Below, piece after piece: positions 1 through 9,824 of a stretch of 64,000 bases of DNA (the first letter of the stretch is position 1; each line of letters begins with the position of its first letter). The notes beneath the pieces were generated by a model, which worked only from the letters and a program-made list of their open reading frames with translations, was not told where the DNA came from and ran no database searches. Both the position numbers and the translations under genes were made by a program. Source of the DNA: Catajapyx aquilonaris (Eukaryota); assembly GCA_000934665.2 (NCBI GenBank), contig JYFJ02000861.1, forward strand, positions 1 through 64,000, in the 5' to 3' direction.

Positions 1-437
1 ATTGTATCTTCAATAATTTCGCGCATTGGTGGGTTTCTGCTCATCTATGGTGCAAATGTTCAGGGTGAGCGAATTACCATGCAGTTGGGCAAGTACATAC
101 AAGTGAGAGAAAACCAAGACAATTTCCTTCATAATTTTACAATCTGTTTACAGAGGGTGGGATATTATGTTGGCAATGTCTGATTTATACTAGATCAAGT
201 CAGATTTAGAACTTTGATTCGGTTACATTTTTGATATTCTTACTTATATTAATGCTCATTAATGCAGCCAACGTATGGTAAGTATATGTGCTCATCTGTC
301 ATGCTACTGTACAATTCTGGGTGGTATGACCACAATATTTAATCCTGGAACCACGTGGTGTCTTTTAGGACTCCAAAGGAATTAAAATGGATTAAAATGA
401 TAATTACAATGAACTGTTGCCAGTTTTAAAAAGTATA

Positions 438-855
438 CAGGGTTGCCGCTAAATGGCGCCCAAGCTTCAGGTAGAGAGAATCCTTGAGAAAAACCAGTGC
501 ATGGAAGTGAAGGTCCTATTGCTCTACAATGCGTGGTTAGAGCTCACGAGGTCTCCAAAGATTGGGCCAAATCATGATGTCACATCCGCCTGCGAAATTC
601 AAACACTACCGTATCGCTACCATACATGGTGCATTGTCATGTTAGCATGGCAACATGGCAACGCACCGTGTATGGTAGCGATACGGTAGTGTTTGAATTT
701 CGCGGGCGGATGTGACGTCATGATTTGGCCCAATCTTGGGACCTCGTGAGCTCTAACCATGCATTGTAGAGCAATAAGACCTTCACTTCCAAACACTGGT
801 TTTTCACAAGGATTCTCGCCCCCTGAAGCTTGGGCGCCATTTACCGATCACTCTG
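438..855. mobile_element. Palindromic MITE, Tc1/mariner-type, 418 bp, in the intron following the second coding exon of the V-ATPase G gene
   Basis: TA|CAGGGT...ACTCTG|TA termini with TA duplication (436-437, 856-857). The two ~200-bp halves are near-perfect reverse complements (e.g. AAATGGCGCCCAAGCTTCAGG / CCTGAAGCTTGGGCGCCATTT) around a centre near 645. No transposase ORF. Confidence 0.9.
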
Positions 856-1088
856 TATAACAGGAAGTGCATGTTTATTGTGAATTAGCAATCATTTTAG
901 GCATTGTTCCAAGAATGATTGCATATAGTCAATTAATTGAAAAGTATTATATAAAAATTAATAAAAATTAAAATATGGATGGGGACCTAAAAGACCCCAT
1001 GTCACGGTTGATGTAACTTTCAGGCATGTCACGGTTCCAGGGCTAATGAGCAGCCGTTACATCATGGTTATTAGCAATATGCACGTAC

Positions 1089-1189
1089 CTTAGCCTCAAA
1101 CTCCTTGAACTGCCTCTCCCTCTCCTGCCTATACTTCTCGACCTCAGCCTGGGCCTCCTCCTTGGCCTGCTTCAGCCGACGAGCCTTGC
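1089..1189 (-). CDS. ATP6V1G: V-type proton ATPase subunit G, coding exon 2 ([34 protein letters not shown])
   Basis: ttttgcag acceptor and AAG|gtacgt donor on the minus strand; 101 nt, phase 1 to 0. Translation is the conserved subunit G coiled coil. The final coding exon was not found in 1-1088, so it presumably lies left of the window. Confidence 0.96.
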
Positions 1190-1231
1190 CTGCAAAATCA
1201 GAAAACCCATGTCACAAATCTGCTACTACAT

Positions 1232-1241
1232 GTCATGTGAC
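1232..1241. promoter_or_regulatory. CLEAR/M-box-type MiT-TFE (Mitf/TFEB) site GTCATGTGAC in V-ATPase G intron
   Basis: Exact GTCATGTGAC, one base from the CLEAR palindrome GTCACGTGAC and containing the M-box core TCATGTG, in a V-ATPase gene, a known MiT/TFE target class. Confidence 0.6.
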
Positions 1242-1330
1242 TCCTGCCTTCCTCATTCACTCCCATCCCTCAAACCCGGCATCAACCCTCCAAAATTTCT
1301 GATCCCACACATGGGCCATAAATCACGTAC

Positions 1331-1412
1331 GCTTCCTGGCTTCCGAGACCTTCTCTGCGGCCCTCTTCTCCGCCGCCAAGAGCTGCTGAATTCCCTGCGT
1401 CTGGCTCGCCAT
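1331..1412 (-). CDS. ATP6V1G: V-type proton ATPase subunit G, coding exon 1 ([27 protein letters not shown])
   Basis: ATG at 1412-1410 in AAG ATG G context; 82 coding nt, then C|gtacgt donor. The exon begins at 1421 after a tttgcag acceptor. A probable 61-nt 5'UTR intron spans 1422-1482 (gtgagt donor). The sequence is the canonical subunit G N-terminus (Vha13/ATP6V1G family). Confidence 0.97.
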
Positions 1413-1438
1413 CTTCCAGTCCTGCAAATCAGCTGAAA

Positions 1439-1446
1439 TCACGTGA
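1439..1446. promoter_or_regulatory. CLEAR-type E-box TCACGTGA in the 5'UTR intron of V-ATPase G
   Basis: Exact TCACGTGA palindrome ~27 nt upstream of the ATG. A CRE palindrome TGACGTCA is nearby at 1485-1492. Confidence 0.55.
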
Positions 1447-1482
1447 GACGGACCAGGTTGGCCAGGCGAAGGGGACACTCAC

Positions 1483-2042
1483 TCTGACGTCATCCAATAC
1501 CGTCAACAACTCATCACCAGACAATTACTCATTCCGACGCCCAATTACTCAACAATTTATCTTTATTATCGGACCCAGCATTGTTGCTCATATTTCCACA
1601 CGGCACAGCATTTAAAAAGAAGGGGGGGCGCAACATTACACCAGCCCAGCACGCGCTTGGACCACATACTCATAGAGTTGGAACTGCAGACTCCCCAAGC
1701 AGTTTTCTAAAATGGTCTGGTGAGCATTGCTGCGTCGCATTAATTTTTCTTTTAATGTTTTTTGGTGCGTACGGTCTGTTGAATATTATACGGTCGGCCT
1801 TGAGCAGTGGCGCCACCTGCAGGGGGAGAGGTACAGGAACTTCCCGCCAGGTGGCAGCAGGAGCTGGGGTGTGGTTTTTTGACGAGGGCACGGACGAGAG
1901 ATTGGAACACTTTTGTACTGTGTACTATTATCGCCTATCGCCAGCCAGCCCCACCGTTTTATCTGCGGCTATAGCCAGTGGACTTTGATCCAGGCAAGGC
2001 TTATCAGGCTATTAGCGGACAAAAAGGTGGTATTTCTAGTCG
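1483..2042. promoter_or_regulatory. Probable bidirectional promoter region with the non-coding first exons of V-ATPase G (-) and PINCH (+)
   Basis: CpG-retaining, GC-richer segment bounded by oppositely oriented splice donors: minus-strand gtgagt at 1482 and plus-strand cg|gtgagg at 2043. Confidence 0.55.
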
Positions 2043-3103
2043 GTGAGGGGAGTGTGTATGAAAGGGAGGGAATGACGAAAATGAAAGAGAGAAAAAAGAG
2101 CTTGTGACCTAGAAGTGAGTTGTGGGCGGGGACGTGTGGATTGTGCACTCCTTTTATGGTCAGGCTTCGAAGGGCTTGGCCATTATTGTGTGCCCACACT
2201 TTAACTCGTTACTTGAGCCATTGTTGCGGGAAATTACAGACTTGCCGCTCTGAAAAGGTAGAGACATGACCACACGAGCGGTTAGTACGTGAAGGGCATG
2301 TAAATGACAGGTGTAGTTGCAGTGCATGGGAAGTCCGGATGGCTCATATTTAAATAAAGAACAAGTTGCAGACTTTTGCACAATTTTAGTACTGATTATT
2401 GCGTCGGTGTAAGTACCAGCATTGGCTTATCTGAGGTGAAATGTATTTGGACGTAGCTTTTAATTAATACGCAAGAAGTAAACACTAATTTTTAACAGTC
2501 ACCGTCATTAACTCTGGTGAGAACGTAACAATTAGTGCTCATCATTGTGTAACAAGAATGTGTAGATTTACCGTAACTTTGGGTCAGGTGTCTGTTAAAA
2601 AATAGTTTACTGAATGATCATTACCATGATGCATCATAATAATTATACTGATTACTAACAATATAAACTGACACTGCATACCTTGTGCCAACAAATGATT
2701 TCCAAACATAGCACACCCCTGAGCTAAGCTAAGGGTTTTAACACATACAGTCTCATTATAATTTAGAGAGCACAGTGGTCATTAATATTACTACTGTGGT
2801 GGAGTTACAACTCGATTAACATGGTTTTGTAGAGTATTCCAGTAAAGTAGGTGCTTGATAACATTTTTGGTTCACAGATTAAGTAAGGAAGAAGCAATAA
2901 CTATTACCATACGTCTTAACATTACATGTAAACAAAATATTAATGTGAAGGATAAAGGAATAACATAAATAACGTAGAAGATAAAGTGAGATATAACATG
3001 CGTTTCTGAATTGAAGTATCAATTTCTTTTGCAGTTTCTGAGCCAAGTTTGGCAACAATTTCTTGTAATCCCTTGAGAGGTCACCAAAAATTGCTTCTGA
3101 GAG

Positions 3104-3111
3104 ATGCCGGG
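3104..3111 (+). CDS. LIMS1: PINCH/LIMS, first coding segment (M-P-G) at the end of exon 3035-3111
   Basis: tttcttttgcag acceptor at 3034; ATG CCG GG|gtgagt. The phase-2 donor joins in frame to the exon at 3875, giving a total CDS of 1029 nt (342 aa). The in-frame ATG at 3888 is an alternative start. Confidence 0.7.
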
Positions 3112-3264
3112 GTGAGTAATATTAATGACACTGCCATTTTCTGCAGTAAAGCTGCCCATAATGACTGTACAGTACACATTGGGTGCCTTATCGCCCCATG
3201 GCTGCTTCTGAATGTTATCAGGGACTAGGCTGATAAGAGTGTATGAGTTTTGTGCCTGGTTGCA

Positions 3265-3509
3265 ATGTCGGATCAGGAGAGACTTTTAGGGGAGTCAGCC
3301 GAAAGGTTGCACTTGAGATCACCCACAGGGAGTCACTTGTGGCAGAGGAGGAAGCTCAGTAATGACGAGCTTGATAAGGGTACTAAGGGTGATTATGATA
3401 ATGTTGGAGCTGCTTCCCGCATGTGTGAAGATGAATCTGGGCCAGACTACCAACTGCTGGAGGTTCCTACTCCTGCTCCTTCCACTCGCACAAGCCGGAG
3501 AAAGCATGG
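3265..3509 (+). CDS. Candidate alternative N-terminal exon of PINCH (MSDQERLLGESAERLHLRSPTGS...RTSRRKHG)
   Basis: 81-codon open, charged and disorder-like stretch ending CAT GG|gtaaaa, a phase-2 donor compatible with the exon at 3875. Confidence 0.5.
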
Positions 3510-3874
3510 GTAAAAGCCATGAAGGTGGTAATATATATATATATATATATATCAATTCGGATGTGTGAACTGTAACCTCAGGATGGAAGGCACTGAAATT
3601 TTTCAGTTTGACAAGAGTCCTACTTATGAGTTGCAGTTGACAATAGAGAATGACCTGGCATTGCAACAGTATGGCAAGGTTATGCATCATTAATACAAAT
3701 CTGTGCAGTGGTCTTTGAAGAATGTGGCAGGTTATTATTACATCGTACACTGACCATACTATGAGCAGGAATTAGGTTTTAAGAGAATAGCAGGGTTTGT
3801 TTTATGATCCATATTTCAATTTATTACCTTTCAGAACTGTTAGATAAATTTTTAATGGAATATCCCTCTTTCAG

Positions 3875-3985
3875 TGTTGCTGAGAACATGGAGGTGATGT
3901 TCTGCTCCCGATGCGGAGAAGGATTTGAACCCCATGAAAAAATTGTCAACTCCCAGGGGGAACTGTGGCATCCACAATGCTTTGT
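3875..3985 (+). CDS. LIMS1: PINCH/LIMS exon, start of LIM1 (VAENMEVMFCSRCGEGFEPHEKIVNSQGELWHPQCFV)
   Basis: cctctttcag acceptor, GT|gtatgt donor, 111 nt, phase 2 to 2. LIM Cys/His spacing closely resembles Drosophila steamer duck (stck). Confidence 0.96.
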
Positions 3986-4383
3986 GTATGTATTGCAAGG
4001 ATATTAGTTTATAATTTGTAGTTAATAATATTAATGGTAATAATAATAGTAGTAGTAGTAATAAAAATAAAAATAATGCACTGACCTTATGTGAGCTACA
4101 TTTTGTGGATCATTCAAATAAGTAAGGTAATTTTGAAATGCCACAAGGTGTCTGCGTTAGAGAAGTTCATGCTTATAAACGGTCTGTCTGAAGTTCCTAA
4201 ATTATTGTCCTAAATAGTACTCTATAAGTTTCTGAAGTCCCTATGAATGGGCCATGATGAGCATCCTAAAATGCTCAGTGGGACTATGTACACAATTGTG
4301 GATTTTTTAAAAAGGATTGTAATATTTGTAGTACTGTATTATCAGGTGGACTAATTTTTGGCATACTCTTTATTTGTTTTCAG

Positions 4384-4948
4384 ATGTGCCCAGTGTTTTC
4401 GCCCCTTCCCTGAGGGTGTTTTCTATGAGTTTGAGGGACGCAAGTATTGCGAGCATGATTTCCATGTCTTGTTTGCTCCCTGCTGCAACCGTTGCAATGA
4501 GTTCATTATTGGGCGTGTCATAAAAGCCCTGAATGCCAACTGGCACCCTGCTTGCTTTCGCTGCCAGATCTGTGAGAAGGAGCTTGCTGACCTGGGTTTC
4601 ATACGCAACCAGGGTCGTGCCCTGTGCCATGATTGCAACGCTCGTGTCAAGGCAGAGAGCCTGGGCCAATATATTTGCCAAAAGTGCCATGGTCTTATTG
4701 ATGGAGCTCCATTGCGATTCAGAGGTGAAGTTTTCCATGGCTACCACTTCAATTGTGCAGCATGTGGGATTGAGCTGAATGCAGATGCTAGGGAGGTGAA
4801 GAGTCGTCCTGGATACACTGCCAATGATATGAATGAATTGTACTGCTTGCGGTGCCATGACAAGATGGGTATACCTATATGTGGGGCATGTCGCAGGCCC
4901 ATTGAAGAAAGGGTTGTCACTGCCCTTGGGAAGCATTGGCATGTTGAG
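4384..4948 (+). CDS. LIMS1: PINCH/LIMS exon, LIM1 end through LIM4 start
   Basis: ttttcag acceptor, GAG|gtaagt donor, 565 nt. Encodes [26 protein letters not shown]...[23 protein letters not shown], diagnostic of PINCH. Confidence 0.98.
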
Positions 4949-5035
4949 GTAAGTGTGTAGAAATGGCTGCCCATCTTTGAGCAACTGCACTTCTGTTAGT
5001 GCTATGGTGTGTTATATTCCAAGTAAATATTTCAG

Positions 5036-5177
5036 CACTTTGTGTGTGCCAAGTGTGAGAAGCCATTCTTGGGCCATCGCCATTATGAGAAGAAAGGGTT
5101 GGCATATTGTGAGATGCACTACCACCAGTTGTTCGGCAACCTCTGCTTTGTGTGCAATCAAGTCATTGCTGGAGATG
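5036..5177 (+). CDS. LIMS1: PINCH/LIMS exon, LIM4 to LIM5 start ([47 protein letters not shown])
   Basis: atttcag acceptor, G|gtgagt donor, 142 nt, phase 0 to 1. Confidence 0.97.
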
Positions 5178-5522
5178 GTGAGTCAATAGTTTCAATGTAG
5201 TGATCACATTTGTTTCTTCTGCACGAGAAGAATTGCCCAATAATGATGCTGCATTGAGAAAGGAATTTTAGTTTCTACCTGAATAAATTCTGATGTCATG
5301 TGCAATGATAACTTCAAAAACTTGGTGATAAATGCACAGACGTAAAGTGAAAGTAACAAACTTTATGAGAGAGCCATGACAGTTTTCTTATATTGCATAA
5401 TAAGGTGGCATAGGTGCTTTGAGTGTGCCCATTTTCCAGTTTTTTAAATGAATAATGCATTGTAGTGTTAATATCAGTGTGCCATTATGTAATGGAGCTG
5501 AAGGAAATGTTTTGTGTTTCAG

Positions 5523-5725
5523 TGGTGACTGCCCTGAATAAAGCATGGTGTGTGGACCACTTTTCCTGCTCCTTCTGCGATCAGAAACTGAATGCCAAAG
5601 CCAAGTTCTTCGAATATGACATGCGCCCAACTTGCAAGCGATGCTATGAGCGCTTTCCAGCAGAACTGCGTAAACGCTTGCGTAAGATGCATGAGCAGAC
5701 ACCAAGAAAGTCTCCCAGCACCTAG
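5523..5725 (+). CDS. LIMS1: PINCH/LIMS last coding exon, LIM5 and basic C-terminal tail
   Basis: tgtttcag acceptor, phase 1. Encodes [22 protein letters not shown]...[30 protein letters not shown], then TAG. Confidence 0.97.
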
Positions 5726-7205
5726 ACACAGGTGACAGGTCCCACCTGTGAGTTTCAATGGTTTCTCTTATAATGTAGTAGCATTCTCATTGATTATCTG
5801 AAGACCTCCAGTGTAAACCTGACCTGGGTTGTACACTTGGTATTTTATTAACCATCAGAGTTTCATCTGTTGTGTGGAGTACCATTTTTTTGGTTTATTA
5901 ATGTTCTTGACCAATATATGAGGATGTAGCAGGCGTTCAGGCCAGTGCTTTATTATTGTGACTACAACATAAACATGCTACTATGTGATTGTGATGCATT
6001 GATGGGTTTTGTAGATTGGGTAGATGTTACGCAGTGTTAGATTGCATGGAAAGCATAATTATCAGGAGTTCTGGAAACAATGAGAAAGGAAATTTTTTCA
6101 TGATAACTGCTGTGTAAGTTAATCGGAGCAGGTGAATAATGAAATGGAAAGGGTTCCAAATTTTTCTTGCCACAAGTGAAAGATTTACTGTAATTTCTCA
6201 TTATTTGTGAATGTTAGGGTGTTGATAGAACAACTTTCATGTACTTGCTTTGGCAGTATGTAAACTGTATTCTTTTTGGAAGAAGCATGGTTTCATTCTA
6301 CTTATTCGTGATGCTATATTTCATGCTAATACTGCAGCAGTCTTTCCAAGTGGAATAAAAACCCATCTGAGTTCATATTTCTTTCTTAGTAGTTGTTAGA
6401 GTAATAAGGCACTGACTGGTACTTCTGTTCTAGCTATTATGGATTGCCATGCTAGTATTTTAAAAATATTAATGTATTGCGCTTGGGATGTTGGGCTGCT
6501 GTGATTGTAATTCACTTAAGCTACTGACCCATGAAGCCTTGGAAAATATGAACGTAACTGATTCAGTTTTCCTAATTAGTGCCAAAGAAGGGGCCTTCCA
6601 ATCTGGGATTTTTTAATGAAATTATTTTTTATAGTGACTGCAATCACTTTTCACTAAGCAATCTACATATTGAATGATAAAGCTATAATTAATTTTTGTA
6701 GTGCTAGATAAGCATTATTGACATCAGTTATTCAACAGACTGTTCAAAGGCCATCTATATTATTTTATTCGTAAGCACTCAACCTGTATAATTTAGATTA
6801 TTATTTCAGTGTTATGCTGTTTGACTACCAAAAGTAAAGGCCCATTTACAAAGAAAGTGACATTGCACCAAGATAAGCAATGTTGCTACTAGCCTTGTGA
6901 TGACATATCTGCACAACTAATATCAAACATATTAGGCATTCGTCACTAGGGAGGCCTCCAAATGTTGCTGCTGACAAGCAGGTTACTTCTTTGTAAACAG
7001 GCCTGCAGCCTTTGGCTGTTGTGAAGTTACTGAATCATTTAAGTGCATATTTCAGTTACCTCATTCTATTTTGTTGGTGTACAATTTATTTAAGTTTGAT
7101 GTTTTAAAGTGGTGCCCCTGCATATGAAATAGTAATGCTCTCTTGTTTTGCTTTTGCTTTTCAAACCTTTCCTTCTCTGTAGGAGCAAATACCATTTTGA
7201 AATGG

Positions 7206-7917
7206 CACTCACAAGGGAAGTGTTTGTAGGGGTATCGGCCAATCGGCCCGAAAATTACACTTCTGGTAAATCGCAGGCCAGAAATTCATTGGTGAAAATA
7301 AAAAGTGCCAATAGCCAAGCGTTATGAGCAATGATAGGTGCATGGTAAACCTGCGCGGTGACAAGGGGTACATTCGGGGTAAGAAATCATAAACAGTCTT
7401 TGTGGCTCAGTCTGTAGAGCAACCGCCTCATGTTCCAAAGTCTCCCCATTCAAGTCCGTGGGAAGCGACTTTCTTTTCCCCCTCTCTCGTCTCAGAGCAT
7501 CGTTTTCTTTTTCTTTTTTTCCCCCCAACACCGTTTATCACCGCATATCTTCCCCTTTGCAATCAGCAGGAATAAAACAGCTTGCTGGGAAGTGCATTAC
7601 TTTTTTTTCTTCTGCTGATGCTTACCTACTCTCTCCATGGCTTCATATTCGGAAAAATGAATAGTCACAAGCTCAGTAAATAATAAAGTATTCATGTCCC
7701 TTCATAATTATTTGTTTACCTGTACACGCTTTCATTTACGGTTGCAGTTTCATTGAGCAGTTATTGCGAGTTGACATCTATCGTTGCTCATATCTCGAAA
7801 ACGCTTGGCTATTGGCACTTTTTATTTTCACCAATGAATTTCTGGCCTGCCATTTACCTGAAGTGTCATTTTCGGGCCAATTGGCCGATAACCTTACAGA
7901 CACTTCCCTTGTCAGTT
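7206..7917. mobile_element. Non-autonomous DNA transposon (712 bp) with ~115-bp terminal inverted repeats, probably CMC (CACTA/Chapaev-like) superfamily
   Basis: Left end CACTCACAAGGGAAGTGT...GTGCCAATAGCCAAGCGTT is the reverse complement of the right end AACGCTTGGCTATTGGCAC...ACACTTCCCTTGTCAGTT. TGG flanks both sides (7203-7205, 7918-7920) as a candidate 3-bp TSD. Superfamily is inferred from the CAC terminus and 3-bp TSD. Confidence 0.8.
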
Positions 7918-9741
7918 TGGTAGTGCTGAGTGTCAAGTCCAAATTTTTGTGTGTTGCATTACTAGCTGCTTTTGCAGTTAACGATAATTCTTACTTAGAC
8001 ATTAATTACTTTATTAGTTATGGCAACCCATTGTGACAAACTTAATGATTAGTCTTATTTACTTGGCTGACAATATGACATAAAGGGTTTGCTACTTGCA
8101 TATGAATCTAAGCACTTATAGCCTTGTGAGATTTATTTTAATTTTATGACACACTGATGCACTAAGGACACTATTTGTTAATACCATAGCTCTATACCAT
8201 AGATTATAACGTACATGTTATGAACACACTTCAAAGGGTTGGTGTTGCATCTACCATAATAATGACCATGCTTAATGCATGCTATGAAGGTGAATTGACA
8301 GGACACATGCTAGCACATTAGTTTCGTTCTACATGGTGTAATTCCCCAGTCAACATACCCTACCGTTTTGAAATTGGGGAAGACTGTCCACTACGCATAA
8401 AATGCTGACTGGATAATTTTGAATGAAATTAATGTCATCAGCATGTATCATGTGAACCCATCTTAATTCTGAAGCATCCAATGGTAATAGCCATTTGTTG
8501 CACAAAATCCTTGATATTTATGAACTGTTATAACAATATATAACATATTTTTAAGAATTTGTTAAATAACCTGATTCAAGGCTTGTCTGCAGTTGCTGTG
8601 ACAACACAGTGACTGAAGAACTGATTGTAAGCACATTTTCTACCCAAACAGAGTTCTGGTATTGTCAAAATTAGTTTGCCAATTGAGGGTATCCCAAATT
8701 TCAGCAATTGTCAATTATTATTAAGTGATCCTGGAACTTGAAAAATTGGAACACCAAGAGAGTACCGGTAGTAATTTCTACATTTTAGTACTCACAAATA
8801 ATGATAGCTTTTTGGAAGCTTAATAACTAACATGTCTCATAAAATTAGTGTTGTTGAAAGTACTGAAACATACTGCCCAAAACTCTGTGTTTGTAGTTAT
8901 GCTATTTTATAATCAAGTCCTTTTTGTCAATCAAAAATGCAATGCTTTTTGTTGTTTCATATATATGATTTTTACTGTCTCAGGATCTTTGGATGCTATT
9001 GTTTTGATTTTTTAATGCTGAGTGTGTATAATGATATTAACTGCATACAGTCCTAAAATTCAAGTGATGACTTATTTGAAGGACTGCACCATTTATTGCT
9101 TGTGGGTTAATTATTGTATGTTCGTTACATACAAGTCCAGGTAGTTGACAACTGGTTTCTCTGCCACCAAACCTCTTTTTTAGCAGTGCAATGTAGATGC
9201 ACATTGCAGGGCAGTGAAACAACCGAGAAGAAATTAGTAGATATTTTAGTACTCAGAATTATCTTGAGTGCTATGCTTGATATGGATTTGAAAATGCCTA
9301 AATTCAATAGTTTGTTTTATATAAAGATGTAAATTACATGATAAAATAACTTCATTGCTTCATGGGAGATTATAAGCCAGATGACTATGCAAATGCCTGC
9401 CTTTTGCCATGATCATTGGTCGTCCATGATACAGATTTATGAACTGACATGCCAAGTAATTTCCCCTAATATCCTGCAATTTTAACAAGAGTTTTTAGCT
9501 TGCCGTGACCACGAATAACAATATAAAATATTTTAATACTGTTGACTCAGATCCTGTATTCTTATAGTAGTTGTTTAGGGCACAAATGCAGTCCAGAGTT
9601 TATCAGATGGCTAAGCAAGTTTTTACAGGTTTGTAAACTTGTATGAATGAGGATAAGGGTTGAAATTTTAGCCTTGGCCCTACACACAATATTAAGAGAG
9701 TGACCCATAATTTGTGTGGGCTATTTAACATAACCACATCG

Positions 9742-9824
9742 AATAAAATGCCATTATTACCCTCTTCTAGTGCCTAAGAAACTGCCCTGCTTTAGAAATG
9801 TTATATTTTGTCTGTTTTAATAAA
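9742..9824 (+). terminator. Candidate distal polyadenylation signals of PINCH (AATAAA at 9742-9747 and 9819-9824)
   Basis: AATAAA hexamers coincide with the end of the AT-rich, CpG-depleted domain that follows the PINCH stop. A proximal AATAAA lies at 6354-6359. Confidence 0.35.

Noticed and set aside
1581..1988. 135-aa plus ORF and 73-aa minus ORF in the promoter region
   Set aside because: No recognisable domain or supporting splice structure; they lie in the GC-rich divergent promoter/5'UTR.
4254..4290. ATGATGA C-box-like motif with a small hairpin in a PINCH intron (possible snoRNA)
   Set aside because: No downstream CTGA D box or terminal stem before the acceptor.
4370..4990. 206-aa minus-strand ORF
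   Set aside because: Antisense shadow of the large PINCH exon.
5466..5522. In-frame upstream acceptor extending the last PINCH exon by 19 codons
   Set aside because: It would insert residues into the LIM5 zinc finger and has a weaker pyrimidine tract than the 5522 acceptor.
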